A stretch of 64,000 bases of DNA from Candidatus Omnitrophota bacterium (GTDB lineage Bacteria; Omnitrophota; Gorgyraeia; Tantalellales; Tantalellaceae): the NCBI GenBank assembly GCA_015231405.1, contig JADGBR010000001.1:219964-283963 (forward strand). Direction: 5' to 3'. Of this stretch, positions 35,872 to 44,835 are shown one piece after another. The notes under the pieces were generated by a model. That model searched no databases, was not told where the DNA came from, and saw nothing but the letters and a program-made list of their open reading frames with translations. Both the position numbers and the translations under genes were made by a program. Positions within the stretch are counted from its first letter, which is position 1. Every line of letters begins with the position of its first letter.

Positions 35872-36913
35872 ACAAAGAAGAATACTCTTAGCGAGAACTG
35901 ACAGGCTTGGAGACGTGGTGCTGACAACCCCCGCTATCCGGGAGCTTAGGCGCGTGTTCCCTGACGCGTTCATCGCTGTGATGGTCAGGCCGTACGCCGG
36001 GGATATCGTCAAAAATGACCCGCATATAGACGAAGTCATCCTATACGATAAAAACGGAGCGCACAGCGGGTTCTTTCAAACTCTCCGGTTCGCATTCTCT
36101 TTAAGGAAATACAGGTTTGACAGCGCCATATCGTTCCACCCTAACAACAGGACACATCTAATATTTTTCTTTTCAGGCATACCCGAAAGGGCCGGATATG
36201 ACAGGAATATGCCGTATCTTTTGACTAAAAAAGTGCCTCATGATAAACAGAAAGGGGATATGCACGAGGCAGAGTATAATCTGGACCTTCTCGAAAAGTT
36301 AGGCATCCCTGTCTCAAAGGACGATCTTTGCCCGATAATGGTAACATCCCGTAGCGAGAAAGAGCTGGTGGATAAGATTATAACTGAGAAAGGGATAAAA
36401 AAGCGATTTGTTGTGTTCCATGCCGGGGCAAGTTGCCTTTCGAAAATATGGAGCTATGAGAATTTCGCCGAAGTCGCCGTGCGTACTAGGGATGAGTTCG
36501 GCCTGGATATCGTTCTTATTGGCTCTTTGGAAACACTCTCAATAAACGAAAAGATCGTTTCGATCGTTAAAAAAAGTGTCCATGATCTCGCCGGCGTCCT
36601 CAGTGTAGGCGAGACTGCGGAGCTCATCAGAAGGTCGGTCCTGCTCATATCGAACGATTCTGGACCCGTACACATCGCCTCAGCCGTCGGAACTCCTAAT
36701 GTCGTAATTTTTGGCAGGAAGGATCCCGGGTTATCCCCGCTTCGCTGGGGCCCATTAGGTAAAACGGATAGGGTGCTTCATAAGGATGCTGGTTGTATCG
36801 CATGCCTGGCGCATAATTGCGTAAAAGGATTCCGGTGTATTAATTCAGTGACAGTTCAGGAAGTATTCGATTCGGCAGTTCATATTATTTCGAAGCACGA
36901 TACAGTATCGTGA
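35864..36913 (+). CDS. Glycosyltransferase family 9 (LPS heptosyltransferase-like)
   Basis: LARTDRLGDVVLTTPAIREL, ISNDSGPVHIASAVGTPNVVIFG. GTG start overlapping the previous stop. Confidence 0.75.
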   Translation: MRKQRRILLARTDRLGDVVLTTPAIRELRRVFPDAFIAVMVRPYAGDIVKNDPHIDEVILYDKNGAHSGFFQTLRFAFSLRKYRFDSAISFHPNNRTHLIFFFSGIPERAGYDRNMPYLLTKKVPHDKQKGDMHEAEYNLDLLEKLGIPVSKDDLCPIMVTSRSEKELVDKIITEKGIKKRFVVFHAGASCLSKIWSYENFAEVAVRTRDEFGLDIVLIGSLETLSINEKIVSIVKKSVHDLAGVLSVGETAELIRRSVLLISNDSGPVHIASAVGTPNVVIFGRKDPGLSPLRWGPLGKTDRVLHKDAGCIACLAHNCVKGFRCINSVTVQEVFDSAVHIISKHDTVS

Positions 36914-36929
36914 ATCCAGAATTATTTAG

Positions 36930-36958
36930 CGGACATTTAAGTTTTTGGTTGATATAAT
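36930..36958 (+). promoter_or_regulatory. Candidate sigma70 promoter with extended -10 upstream of trxA
   Basis: TGaTATAAT at 36950-36958 (extended -10), weak -35 cggaca at 36930-36935 with 17-nt spacer. About 50 nt upstream of trxA ATG in a 97-nt AT-rich gap after the GT9 gene. Confidence 0.4.
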
Positions 36959-37010
36959 ACCCAAAGTTAGTATTATATTGAGTACTTATGTAACCGATAA
37001 AGGAGATGTC

Positions 37011-37343
37011 ATGTCTGAAAGCAAACATGTAATTAGCGTATACGATACAAATTTTGAGGAAGTTGTTTTAAAGTCTGAAATACCTGTTTTAGTCGATTTT
37101 TGGGCTGAATGGTGCGGACCATGCAAAATGATATCCCCTGTGATCGATCAAATAGCCGAGCAGTATAACGGCAAGGTAAAAGTATGTAAAGTCAATATTG
37201 ACCAGGAGCAGGCGATCGCGGCTGATTACGGCGTAATGAGCATTCCTACATTGGCGATATTCAAAGGTGGAGAATTGGTCGATACCATAGTCGGGGCCGT
37301 GCCGAAATCTTCGATAACTTATAAACTCGATTCACATTTATGA
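37011..37343 (+). CDS. trxA: Thioredoxin
   Basis: WCGPCK active site, about 110 aa. AAAGGAGA RBS before ATG 37011. Confidence 0.9.
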   Translation: MSESKHVISVYDTNFEEVVLKSEIPVLVDFWAEWCGPCKMISPVIDQIAEQYNGKVKVCKVNIDQEQAIAADYGVMSIPTLAIFKGGELVDTIVGAVPKSSITYKLDSHL

Positions 37344-37365
37344 TCCCGATGCTGGAGAGGGTATA

Positions 37366-38388
37366 ATGCTGGAAAAATTCAAATTTACTGATTACAAAAA
37401 GATAACCGACAAGTTCGCCCAAAAGAGGATCATGGTAGTCGGCGACCTTCTTCTGGATCAGTATATCTGGGGTAATGTTTCACGTATTTCTCCGGAGGCT
37501 CCGGTACCGGTAGTATGGGTCAAAAAAGAAGGATATGTTCCGGGGGGCTCATGCAATGTCGCCAACAATCTTGTAAGCCTGGGTGCGAAAGTTCTTCTCG
37601 CGGGGGTCATAGGTGACGACAGCCTTGGAGATATATTGAAGGGAAAGCTCTCTGAAAAGAATATCGATATCAAGGGCATCCTTGTGGACCACAACCGTCC
37701 GACGAGCCTTAAAACCCGGGTCATAGCTCATAACCAGCAGGTGGTCCGGATCGACCGCGAAAGCGTCGATGTGCTGGATGAAAGGATCGCTAACGGTATT
37801 TCGGATTATGTCAAAGAAAATATCGACGGCGTTGACGGCGTAATAATAGAAGATTACGGTAAGGGGGTGATCACCCCCAAGGTGCTCCGGAACATTGTTC
37901 CGCTCATTAGGCGGAAAAAAAAGATCGTATCGGTCGACCCCAAAGAGGATCATTTTTCGTATTACCGGGGAGTTACCGTGATAACCCCCAACCACTCCGA
38001 GGCGGAGAAAGCTTACGGCGCGAAGATGGAAACGGACGAGAAGATAAGGACAGCCGGCGTAAAACTCTTAAAACGGCTTGGCACGGAAAGTATTTTGCTT
38101 ACGTTGGGAGAAAAAGGCATGATGCTTTTCGAAAAGGACAAGGTCCCTTACGCGATCCCCACCGTTGCGCGCGAGGTATACGACGTTTCCGGCGCAGGAG
38201 ATACGGTCATAGCGGTTTACACGCTTTCGCTGGCTTCCGGAGGAGCTCCAAGGTTGTCAGCGCATCTGGCCAACTCTGCCGCGGGAATAGTTGTGGGCAA
38301 GATCGGGACCGCGGCGATACAGATTGAGGAGCTTTTGGACATGCTATCCGGACGCTCGACAGATACACAGGCCCAAAGGAATTCATGA
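37366..38388 (+). CDS. hldE: D-glycero-beta-D-manno-heptose-7-phosphate kinase (HldE/RfaE domain I only, PfkB carbohydrate kinase fold)
   Basis: VVGDLLLDQYIWG.V.RISPEAPVPVV start typical of RfaE domain I; GAGDT near C-terminus; no adenylyltransferase domain present (340 aa). Confidence 0.8.
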   Translation: MLEKFKFTDYKKITDKFAQKRIMVVGDLLLDQYIWGNVSRISPEAPVPVVWVKKEGYVPGGSCNVANNLVSLGAKVLLAGVIGDDSLGDILKGKLSEKNIDIKGILVDHNRPTSLKTRVIAHNQQVVRIDRESVDVLDERIANGISDYVKENIDGVDGVIIEDYGKGVITPKVLRNIVPLIRRKKKIVSVDPKEDHFSYYRGVTVITPNHSEAEKAYGAKMETDEKIRTAGVKLLKRLGTESILLTLGEKGMMLFEKDKVPYAIPTVAREVYDVSGAGDTVIAVYTLSLASGGAPRLSAHLANSAAGIVVGKIGTAAIQIEELLDMLSGRSTDTQAQRNS

Positions 38389-39125
38389 AAGTAATAGCCG
38401 TGATCCCGGCAAGATGGGAATCATCCCGTTTTAAAGGGAAGGTGCTTGCCGATATAAACGGCAAGTCAATGCTTGAGCGTGTATGGGAAAGGGTCAAAAT
38501 GGCCCGGAATATCGATGATGTTATAGTCGCCGTCGATAAAGAGAAAGTCGCCAGGGCCGTAGAGGCGTTCGGAGGAAAAGCGGTATACACCGCTCCGGAG
38601 CAGCCTTCGGGTACGGACAGGATAGCCGAAGCTATGAATTCGCTTGACGCCGACGTAGTGGTCAACGTTCAGGCCGACGAGCCACTCATTGAGCCGCAGA
38701 TGATCGAAGAGTTGGCTCAGGTTTTCGAGTACGAGAAGTCTGCCCAGATGGCCACATTGATAAAAAGGATACACAGGAACGAAGATATCTCTGATCCGAA
38801 TGTCGTTAAGGTCGTCGTTGACAGGAAAGGGTACGCACTCTATTTTTCAAGGAGCCCGATCCCGTACATAAGGGATAAGGAGAAGACGCAGGATGACCCC
38901 GGCGGCAGTTATTTCAAGCATATCGGGATCTACTCATATACAAAGGAGTTCCTTTATGTCTACACTCATATGCCGAAATCTATGCTTGAATGTGCCGAAA
39001 AGCTCGAGCAGCTGAGGGTCCTGGAACACGGCTATAAGATCAGGACGATAGAGACAAGGTACGATACGGTCGGAGTGGATACCCCCGAGGATCTCGAGCG
39101 TGTCAGGGAGCTTTTAAAAAAATAG
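38385..39125 (+). CDS. kdsB: 3-deoxy-manno-octulosonate cytidylyltransferase (CMP-Kdo synthetase)
   Basis: VIPARWESSRFKGKVL, VVNVQADEPL motifs; 246 aa; ATGA overlap with hldE. Confidence 0.9.
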   Translation: MKVIAVIPARWESSRFKGKVLADINGKSMLERVWERVKMARNIDDVIVAVDKEKVARAVEAFGGKAVYTAPEQPSGTDRIAEAMNSLDADVVVNVQADEPLIEPQMIEELAQVFEYEKSAQMATLIKRIHRNEDISDPNVVKVVVDRKGYALYFSRSPIPYIRDKEKTQDDPGGSYFKHIGIYSYTKEFLYVYTHMPKSMLECAEKLEQLRVLEHGYKIRTIETRYDTVGVDTPEDLERVRELLKK

Positions 39126-39177
39126 ATACGGTGATCGTTTCCGGCTGCCGGATGAAGGTTTCCGGTTTTAGTTCAAT

Positions 39178-40002
39178 ATGGAAAACAAAACAGTTAAAGT
39201 TCAGGATATTTCGATAGGAAAGGGGCATGGGATAGCGCTTATTGCCGGTCCCTGCGTGATAGAATCCTATGAATCGGCGGTTCTTGCGGCGCGAGAGATA
39301 AAAAAGATAGCCCGGGCGGCTTCCGTCCCTTTTATTTTCAAGGCCAGCTTTGATAAGGCGAACAGGAGTTCTATAGATTCATATCGCGGTCCCGGGATAG
39401 ATAAAGGCCTTGAGATCCTTAAAGCCGTTCGCGACGAGGTCAAAGTCCCGGTTCTAAGCGATGTGCATGATATCATACAGGTGAAAAAGGCTGCCAAGGT
39501 GCTTGATGTGTTACAGATACCCGCTTTTCTCAGCAGGCAAACAGATCTTCTGGTCGAAGCTGCCCGGACGGGGAAGCCTGTCAACGTAAAAAAGGGACAG
39601 TTCATGTCGCCTGAAGAGATGAGGAACGTGGTCTCTAAGATGGAATCTCAGGGTGCCAGCGATATAATGCTTACCGAAAGGGGGACGTTTTTCGGCTATA
39701 ACATGCTGGTAAATGATTTTCGTTCCATTATCGTAATGGGCCAGACAGGATATCCCGTTGTATTTGACGCCACCCATTCGGTCCAAAGGCCCGCGGGGAA
39801 AGGGACTATGAGCGGGGGTGATCCGGTATTTATCCTTCCCCTGGCTAAAGCGGCAGTAGCCCTAGGGGCGGATGTTCTATTCCTTGAGGTACACATGGAA
39901 CCGGAAAAGGCGTTAAGCGACGCTTCCAGCATGCTGAGGATGGACCTTCTCGGCGACCTTCTGGCCGAGATAAAAAAAATCGAGAAAGCGGTGAGAATAT
40001 GA
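39178..40002 (+). CDS. kdsA: 2-dehydro-3-deoxyphosphooctonate aldolase (Kdo8P synthase)
   Basis: IAGPCVIES, FKASFDKANRSS, DVHD, ATHSVQ.P motifs; 274 aa. Confidence 0.9.
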   Translation: MENKTVKVQDISIGKGHGIALIAGPCVIESYESAVLAAREIKKIARAASVPFIFKASFDKANRSSIDSYRGPGIDKGLEILKAVRDEVKVPVLSDVHDIIQVKKAAKVLDVLQIPAFLSRQTDLLVEAARTGKPVNVKKGQFMSPEEMRNVVSKMESQGASDIMLTERGTFFGYNMLVNDFRSIIVMGQTGYPVVFDATHSVQRPAGKGTMSGGDPVFILPLAKAAVALGADVLFLEVHMEPEKALSDASSMLRMDLLGDLLAEIKKIEKAVRI

Positions 40003-40958
40003 GCGTTCAAATAGCCAAAAACGTATTGCTTATCGAAAGCGCGGCCATAAAGCAACTGGCTTCGCGTATTACCGGGGATTTTGAAAACATAATTTCACTC
40101 CTTGCCCGTACCAGAGGCCGGATCATAGTTACCGGCATGGGGAAGCCGGGTTTCATCGCTCAGAAAGTTTCGGCGACATTGTCATCTACGGGTTCGCCGT
40201 CGCTTTATCTCCACCCGGCTGAGGCGCTGCACGGCGACCTTGGGAGGGTCACGCGCGAAGACGTGATATTGGCTTTTTCAAACAGCGGCGAGACCGAAGA
40301 GATCATAAGGCTTCTGCCAATAATTAAAAAGATCGGTTCGAAAATAATCGGTGTAACGGGGAAAAAAAAGTCGACACTGGCGCTCAACAGCGATCATGTT
40401 ATCGACAGCTCAGTAAAAAGAGAGGCGTGTCCGATGGGTCTGGCGCCGACCACTTCTACCACGGCTATGCTTGCGCTGGGGGACGCTCTGGCGGTCGCCC
40501 TTATGCAAAAGAAAGGTTTCAAGGCCAATGATTTCGCTTTTTATCATCCCGGAGGGGCACTGGGTAAAAGGCTGCTCATAACCGTCGGGGACATTATGAG
40601 GCCGAAGACAAAGGTGCCTCTTGTAAAGCCCGATACGCTTGTCAAGGAAGTCCTTATCCGGATAACAAAAATGAGGGCCGGGTCCGCAAGCGTAATAGAC
40701 CGGAACGGGAAACTGCTTGGTATTTTCACCGACGGGGACCTTCGAAGGCATTTCGATAAAGGAGAATATCTTTTGAACTCGAAAGTGGGAGACGTGATGA
40801 CCAGGAACCCGTACGCAATAACCTCCGAACGGCTTGCGGCCGAAGCTTTTAAGATCCTCAGCGATAAAAAGATCGACGAGATCCCCGTCGTTGACAAAAA
40901 AGGAAAAATGATCGGGCTTCTGGATGTTCAGGACATACTTAAAGAGGGTCTTGTTTAG
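39999..40958 (+). CDS. kdsD: Arabinose-5-phosphate isomerase (SIS domain + tandem CBS domains)
   Basis: SIS domain (GRIIVTGMGK.G.IAQK...TL.STG) followed by two CBS motifs; 319 aa; ATGA overlap with kdsA. Confidence 0.85.
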   Translation: MSVQIAKNVLLIESAAIKQLASRITGDFENIISLLARTRGRIIVTGMGKPGFIAQKVSATLSSTGSPSLYLHPAEALHGDLGRVTREDVILAFSNSGETEEIIRLLPIIKKIGSKIIGVTGKKKSTLALNSDHVIDSSVKREACPMGLAPTTSTTAMLALGDALAVALMQKKGFKANDFAFYHPGGALGKRLLITVGDIMRPKTKVPLVKPDTLVKEVLIRITKMRAGSASVIDRNGKLLGIFTDGDLRRHFDKGEYLLNSKVGDVMTRNPYAITSERLAAEAFKILSDKKIDEIPVVDKKGKMIGLLDVQDILKEGLV

Positions 40959-41014
40959 CCCGCCATCGCCGTGGCTGTCCCATCCGGGTAATACTTGATA
41001 ACAAGGAGAGTCAA

Positions 41015-41560
41015 ATGCCGGCGGTTTACAGTAAAAAGATCATAAAAAAAGCGCGGCTAATAAAAGTGCTTGCTCTTGACGTTGACGGTGTCATGACGGA
41101 CGCCGGGATGATCTACGACGAGGGAGGCGAAAAGGTGAAGAGGTTCAATGTCAATGACGGGCTTGGGATATTCCTCCTGAAAGAAGCAGGACTAAAGGTG
41201 GTCATTGTCACGGCAAAACTTTCCGGTATCGTCAGGCGAAGGGCTCAAGATCTCAAAGTTGACGCTGTATATGAGAATTTTCACGATAAGATCGCGGCTT
41301 TCTCGGACATAAAAAAAAAATTCAAAGTTCGCGACGAAGAGATATGTTTTATAGGGGACGACGTTATCGACATACCTGTTCTTATGAGGGCGGGGCTCTC
41401 GGTCTCGCCCGGGAACGCGCTTGATTACGTGAAAGATGAGGCGCATCTGGTAACGGAAAAAACGGGAGGTAACGGAGCGGTGAGGGAAGTTTGCGACCTG
41501 ATACTCAGGGCCAATGGATCGTGGAAAAAGGTCACCGCGCGTTATTACTCAAAGAAATGA
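41015..41560 (+). CDS. kdsC: Kdo 8-phosphate phosphatase (HAD family, YrbI type)
   Basis: HAD motif I LALDVDGVMTD, DG.G, GDD..D motifs; about 181 aa; directly after kdsD. Confidence 0.8.
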   Translation: MPAVYSKKIIKKARLIKVLALDVDGVMTDAGMIYDEGGEKVKRFNVNDGLGIFLLKEAGLKVVIVTAKLSGIVRRRAQDLKVDAVYENFHDKIAAFSDIKKKFKVRDEEICFIGDDVIDIPVLMRAGLSVSPGNALDYVKDEAHLVTEKTGGNGAVREVCDLILRANGSWKKVTARYYSKK

Positions 41561-41575
41561 TACAGGGAGCGATTT

Positions 41576-41938
41576 ATGTACACGGTCAGAGTTACAGGGA
41601 CGTTCTCCAGCGCGCACAACCTCCTGGAATACGAAGGAAAATGCGAGGCGCTTCACGGACATAACTGGAAAGTGGAGCTAGAGGCCGGTAAGAAAAAATT
41701 GGATAGAGCCGGGATGGTGATGGATTTCCATGATCTGAAATCCGAGCTTGGAAAGGTCCTTGACGAGCTTGATCATAAATACCTGAACGAGCTCGAGTAT
41801 TTTAAGAGCGTTAACCCGACTTCCGAGAATATAGCGAAATATATCCATGACAGGGTAATAAAGTCTTTCCCGGATATGGAGATCGTGAAAGCCACCGTTT
41901 GGGAGACCGAAAGCTCCTCTGCGACCTACTATAAATAG
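41576..41938 (+). CDS. queD: 6-carboxy-5,6,7,8-tetrahydropterin synthase
   Basis: Small PTPS fold with CE.LHGHNW zinc-binding motif; 120 aa. Confidence 0.85.
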   Translation: MYTVRVTGTFSSAHNLLEYEGKCEALHGHNWKVELEAGKKKLDRAGMVMDFHDLKSELGKVLDELDHKYLNELEYFKSVNPTSENIAKYIHDRVIKSFPDMEIVKATVWETESSSATYYK

Positions 41939-41949
41939 GAGTTTGAAAA

Positions 41950-42627
41950 ATGGGGAAGAATAAGCCTAAAGCCGTAGTGCTCCTTTCGGGAGGGATGGAT
42001 TCCGCCGTAACGCTTTACATCGCGAAGAAGAGATACGATTGCCATGCCCTCATATTCGATTACGGGCAGAGGTCCCGGAAAGAGGTCGGCTCGGCGAAAG
42101 CCGTGTCGAGGATGTCAGGTTCCGGACATATTGTCCTCAGGATATCATTGCCATGGAAAGGAAGTTCGCTCCTGGATAGGAACGTCGCGATACCGCGCGA
42201 GGCGGACATGGCCAAGGGAATGATACCGTCGACATATGTTCCGGCAAGAAATCTGATATTCCTCAGCTACGGAGTTTCGTACGCGGAAGCCCTGGGGGCC
42301 CGGGCCGTTTTTATCGGCGCCCACCAGCTGGATTATTCCAATTATCCTGATTGCCGGGGTGAGTTCTTTGACAGTTTCAGGGAAACGGTTGAAAGGGGGA
42401 CAAAGCGCGGTGTTTCTGGGAAAAGTATACGTATAATCACGCCCATAATTAACTATACTAAGAAGGACATTATCCTTTCCGGTATATCTATGGGCGTCTC
42501 TTTCGCCCTTACGTGGTCCTGCTATGTGGGAGGGGCTAGGCCGTGCGGGGAATGTGAATCATGCAGGCTCAGGGCGAAAGGATTTAAAGAAGCGGGGGTT
42601 ATTGACCCGTTATTGCGCGATCGTTAG
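41950..42627 (+). CDS. queC: 7-cyano-7-deazaguanine synthase
   Basis: PP-loop LLSGGMDS, C-terminal Cys cluster CGECESCRLR; 225 aa. Confidence 0.9.
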   Translation: MGKNKPKAVVLLSGGMDSAVTLYIAKKRYDCHALIFDYGQRSRKEVGSAKAVSRMSGSGHIVLRISLPWKGSSLLDRNVAIPREADMAKGMIPSTYVPARNLIFLSYGVSYAEALGARAVFIGAHQLDYSNYPDCRGEFFDSFRETVERGTKRGVSGKSIRIITPIINYTKKDIILSGISMGVSFALTWSCYVGGARPCGECESCRLRAKGFKEAGVIDPLLRDR

Positions 42628-42764
42628 CTGGGGTTTAGTTGTTAGTATATGGTCGAATGTTTCTAGGTGATAGTTGATGGTTTCCAGGTGATTTAGTGCC
42701 GGTTGATGAATATGTTCGCTAAGAACTAACACCTGAAACCTAGTATCTATAAGTGGAGAGGTAC

Positions 42765-43457
42765 ATGGAAAAAGCTAAAATATCGGAAGTATTCATTTCT
42801 TATCAGGGGGAGGGTCTCTACGCGGGGTCCAGGCAGCTTTTCATAAGGTTTTACGGCTGCAACAGGAAATGCTCTTACTGTGACACGGCGCTGGACAGTT
42901 ATAAAAGCTTTTCGAAAGACAGCCTGATAAGCAAGATACTGGGGTTCGAGGAGGATTTTAACGAGCTGGTCCTTACCGGGGGGGAACCTCTCCTTTATGC
43001 TGATTTCCTGGCGATCTTTCTCAAACAGTACAAATATTACAAAAAGAAGCACGTATATCTCGAAACGAACGGCACGCTTCCCGACGAGCTGGCTAAGGTC
43101 ATAGGGCTTATTGATATAATTGCCATGGACCTGAAATTGCCGTCATCTACAGGGGAAAAAGATGACATGTGGGACGAGCACAAAAGGTTTCTCACGATCG
43201 CTTGTGAGAAAGAGCTCATCCTTAAGGCCGTCGTCACCGGAAATACAACTATGGACGACATTAAAGAGCTGGCCGATACCATCTCCGGGGTAAAAGGCTC
43301 TCCTGAACTTATAATTCAGCCTGTAACCCGGGAGAATAATTCTATCGAAGAGCCCGATCCGGAAATGTTGTCATATTTCAGCCAGTATCTTAAAAAAAAG
43401 ACCGCGGCCAACGTCACAGTTCTTGGACAGATGCATAAATGTCTGGGGATCAAATAG
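42765..43457 (+). CDS. queE: 7-carboxy-7-deazaguanine synthase (radical SAM)
   Basis: ISEVF.S.QGEG...G....F.RF.GCN..C.YCDT (CxxxCxxC-variant QueE cluster). GGAGAGG RBS before ATG 42765. A GTG at 42753 is the alternative start. Confidence 0.85.
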   Translation: MEKAKISEVFISYQGEGLYAGSRQLFIRFYGCNRKCSYCDTALDSYKSFSKDSLISKILGFEEDFNELVLTGGEPLLYADFLAIFLKQYKYYKKKHVYLETNGTLPDELAKVIGLIDIIAMDLKLPSSTGEKDDMWDEHKRFLTIACEKELILKAVVTGNTTMDDIKELADTISGVKGSPELIIQPVTRENNSIEEPDPEMLSYFSQYLKKKTAANVTVLGQMHKCLGIK

Positions 43458-43527
43458 GTTTTGCCTTTTAACGTTAATGACGGATGGTTGAAGTTCGAGT
43501 TTGGAAGGCCGGAATTGGAGGGGAAAA

Positions 43528-43953
43528 ATGGTTGCTATGAAAAAAAATGGCTATAAGGGGCTCCAGGAGAACGTAAGGAAAATGGCTCTCCCGGATATCG
43601 AGGTATGGGAGAACATGTACCCTGACAAGAATTACGTCGTTACCGTCGAGACGCCCGAATTCACTTGTATTTGCCCCAAAACTGGGCTTCCGGATTTTGC
43701 CAGGCTGATGTTTGAATATGTTCCCGGCAAGGATTGCGTGGAGCTTAAATCGTTCAAGGAATATCTCATGGCGTACAGGGATCTGGGTATATTCCATGAG
43801 CATGCCGTCAATAGGATGCTGGACGATCTGGTAAGCGCCGCTAAACCCCGTTGGATGAAGGTAAAAGGGGTTTTTAACGCCAGGGGCGGGATCCAGACGA
43901 CGGTGGAATCGGAATACGGGAAAAGACCCGCTCGAGATGAAGATAAAGACTAG
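43528..43953 (+). CDS. queF: NADPH-dependent 7-cyano-7-deazaguanine reductase (type I, single domain)
   Basis: EFT.ICP.TG.PDFA catalytic Cys motif, E(S/L)K.FK.YL; about 141 aa. GGAGGGG RBS before ATG 43528. Confidence 0.85.
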   Translation: MVAMKKNGYKGLQENVRKMALPDIEVWENMYPDKNYVVTVETPEFTCICPKTGLPDFARLMFEYVPGKDCVELKSFKEYLMAYRDLGIFHEHAVNRMLDDLVSAAKPRWMKVKGVFNARGGIQTTVESEYGKRPARDEDKD

Positions 43954-44833
43954 AAGATATTATATCTACTATCTCCTTAAGACGCTGATGTTCATCCTGG
44001 CTCTCATGCCGAGAAAAGTTTCTCTTTTCATGGCTGAGGCGCTTGGTAGAGCCGCGTACCGGTTCCTTGGGAAATACCGCGATATCACCATAAAGAACCT
44101 TGACGTATCTTTTCCCGAGAGCGCCGGGAAGAACGAGGAACTGGCCAAAAAAGTATTTGTCAATATGGCCAAGAACGGCGCGGACTGGATCAAACTACTG
44201 TTTTCGCGCAGGGGATATCTCGACGACCTGATAACCGGCACCGAAGGGATGGAACACCTGGATTCGGCTCTTATGAGGGGCCGCGGCGTTGTTGTCCTGA
44301 CGGCCCATATGGGTAACTGGGAACTTCTCGCTTCTTTTTTGCGCAGGAACGGATATGACGGGGCGGTAATAGTCAAAAAATTATATTTCAGCAAATTCAA
44401 TAAGATAATAATGAGGCTGAGAGCGCTTTATAATGCCCAGGTGATATACCGGGACGAGTCTCCTAAAAAAATGATCAAGATCCTGAAAGAAGGGAAGATA
44501 CTGGGTTTACTGGCCGACCAGGACATAGACAGCCTTACCGGCGTATTCGTCAATTTCTTCGGAAGGCCGGCTTATACTCCTATCGCACCCGTAAAGCTGG
44601 GAATGGTCAACAGCTCTAGCATAGTGCCTGTTTTCGTAATACGCAAACCCGACGACACATATCTGGTATCAGCTGACAGTCCGATCGAGCTTCCCGAAGA
44701 AGAGGATAAAGAACTTGTGACCAAAAAATATACCCAGGCCTGGACTGATGTTCTGGAAAAGTATGTCCGGAGATATCCGGATCAGTGGGTATGGGTCCAT
44801 GATAGGTGGAAGACAGTGCCCGATGGAGCGTGA
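43937..44833 (+). CDS. Lipid A biosynthesis acyltransferase (LpxL/LpxM family), second paralogue
   Basis: HMGNWE, LADQD, DQWVWVHDRWK motifs; 298 aa. Confidence 0.75.
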   Translation: MKIKTRRYYIYYLLKTLMFILALMPRKVSLFMAEALGRAAYRFLGKYRDITIKNLDVSFPESAGKNEELAKKVFVNMAKNGADWIKLLFSRRGYLDDLITGTEGMEHLDSALMRGRGVVVLTAHMGNWELLASFLRRNGYDGAVIVKKLYFSKFNKIIMRLRALYNAQVIYRDESPKKMIKILKEGKILGLLADQDIDSLTGVFVNFFGRPAYTPIAPVKLGMVNSSSIVPVFVIRKPDDTYLVSADSPIELPEEEDKELVTKKYTQAWTDVLEKYVRRYPDQWVWVHDRWKTVPDGA

Positions 44834-44835
44834 AA

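Noticed and set aside
42628-42764. Possible preQ1 riboswitch upstream of queE
   Set aside because: No 5-bp stem plus loop plus A-rich tail (AAAAAACUA-like) adjacent to an RBS could be found by eye; the region instead has direct repeats. Left as a checkable negative.
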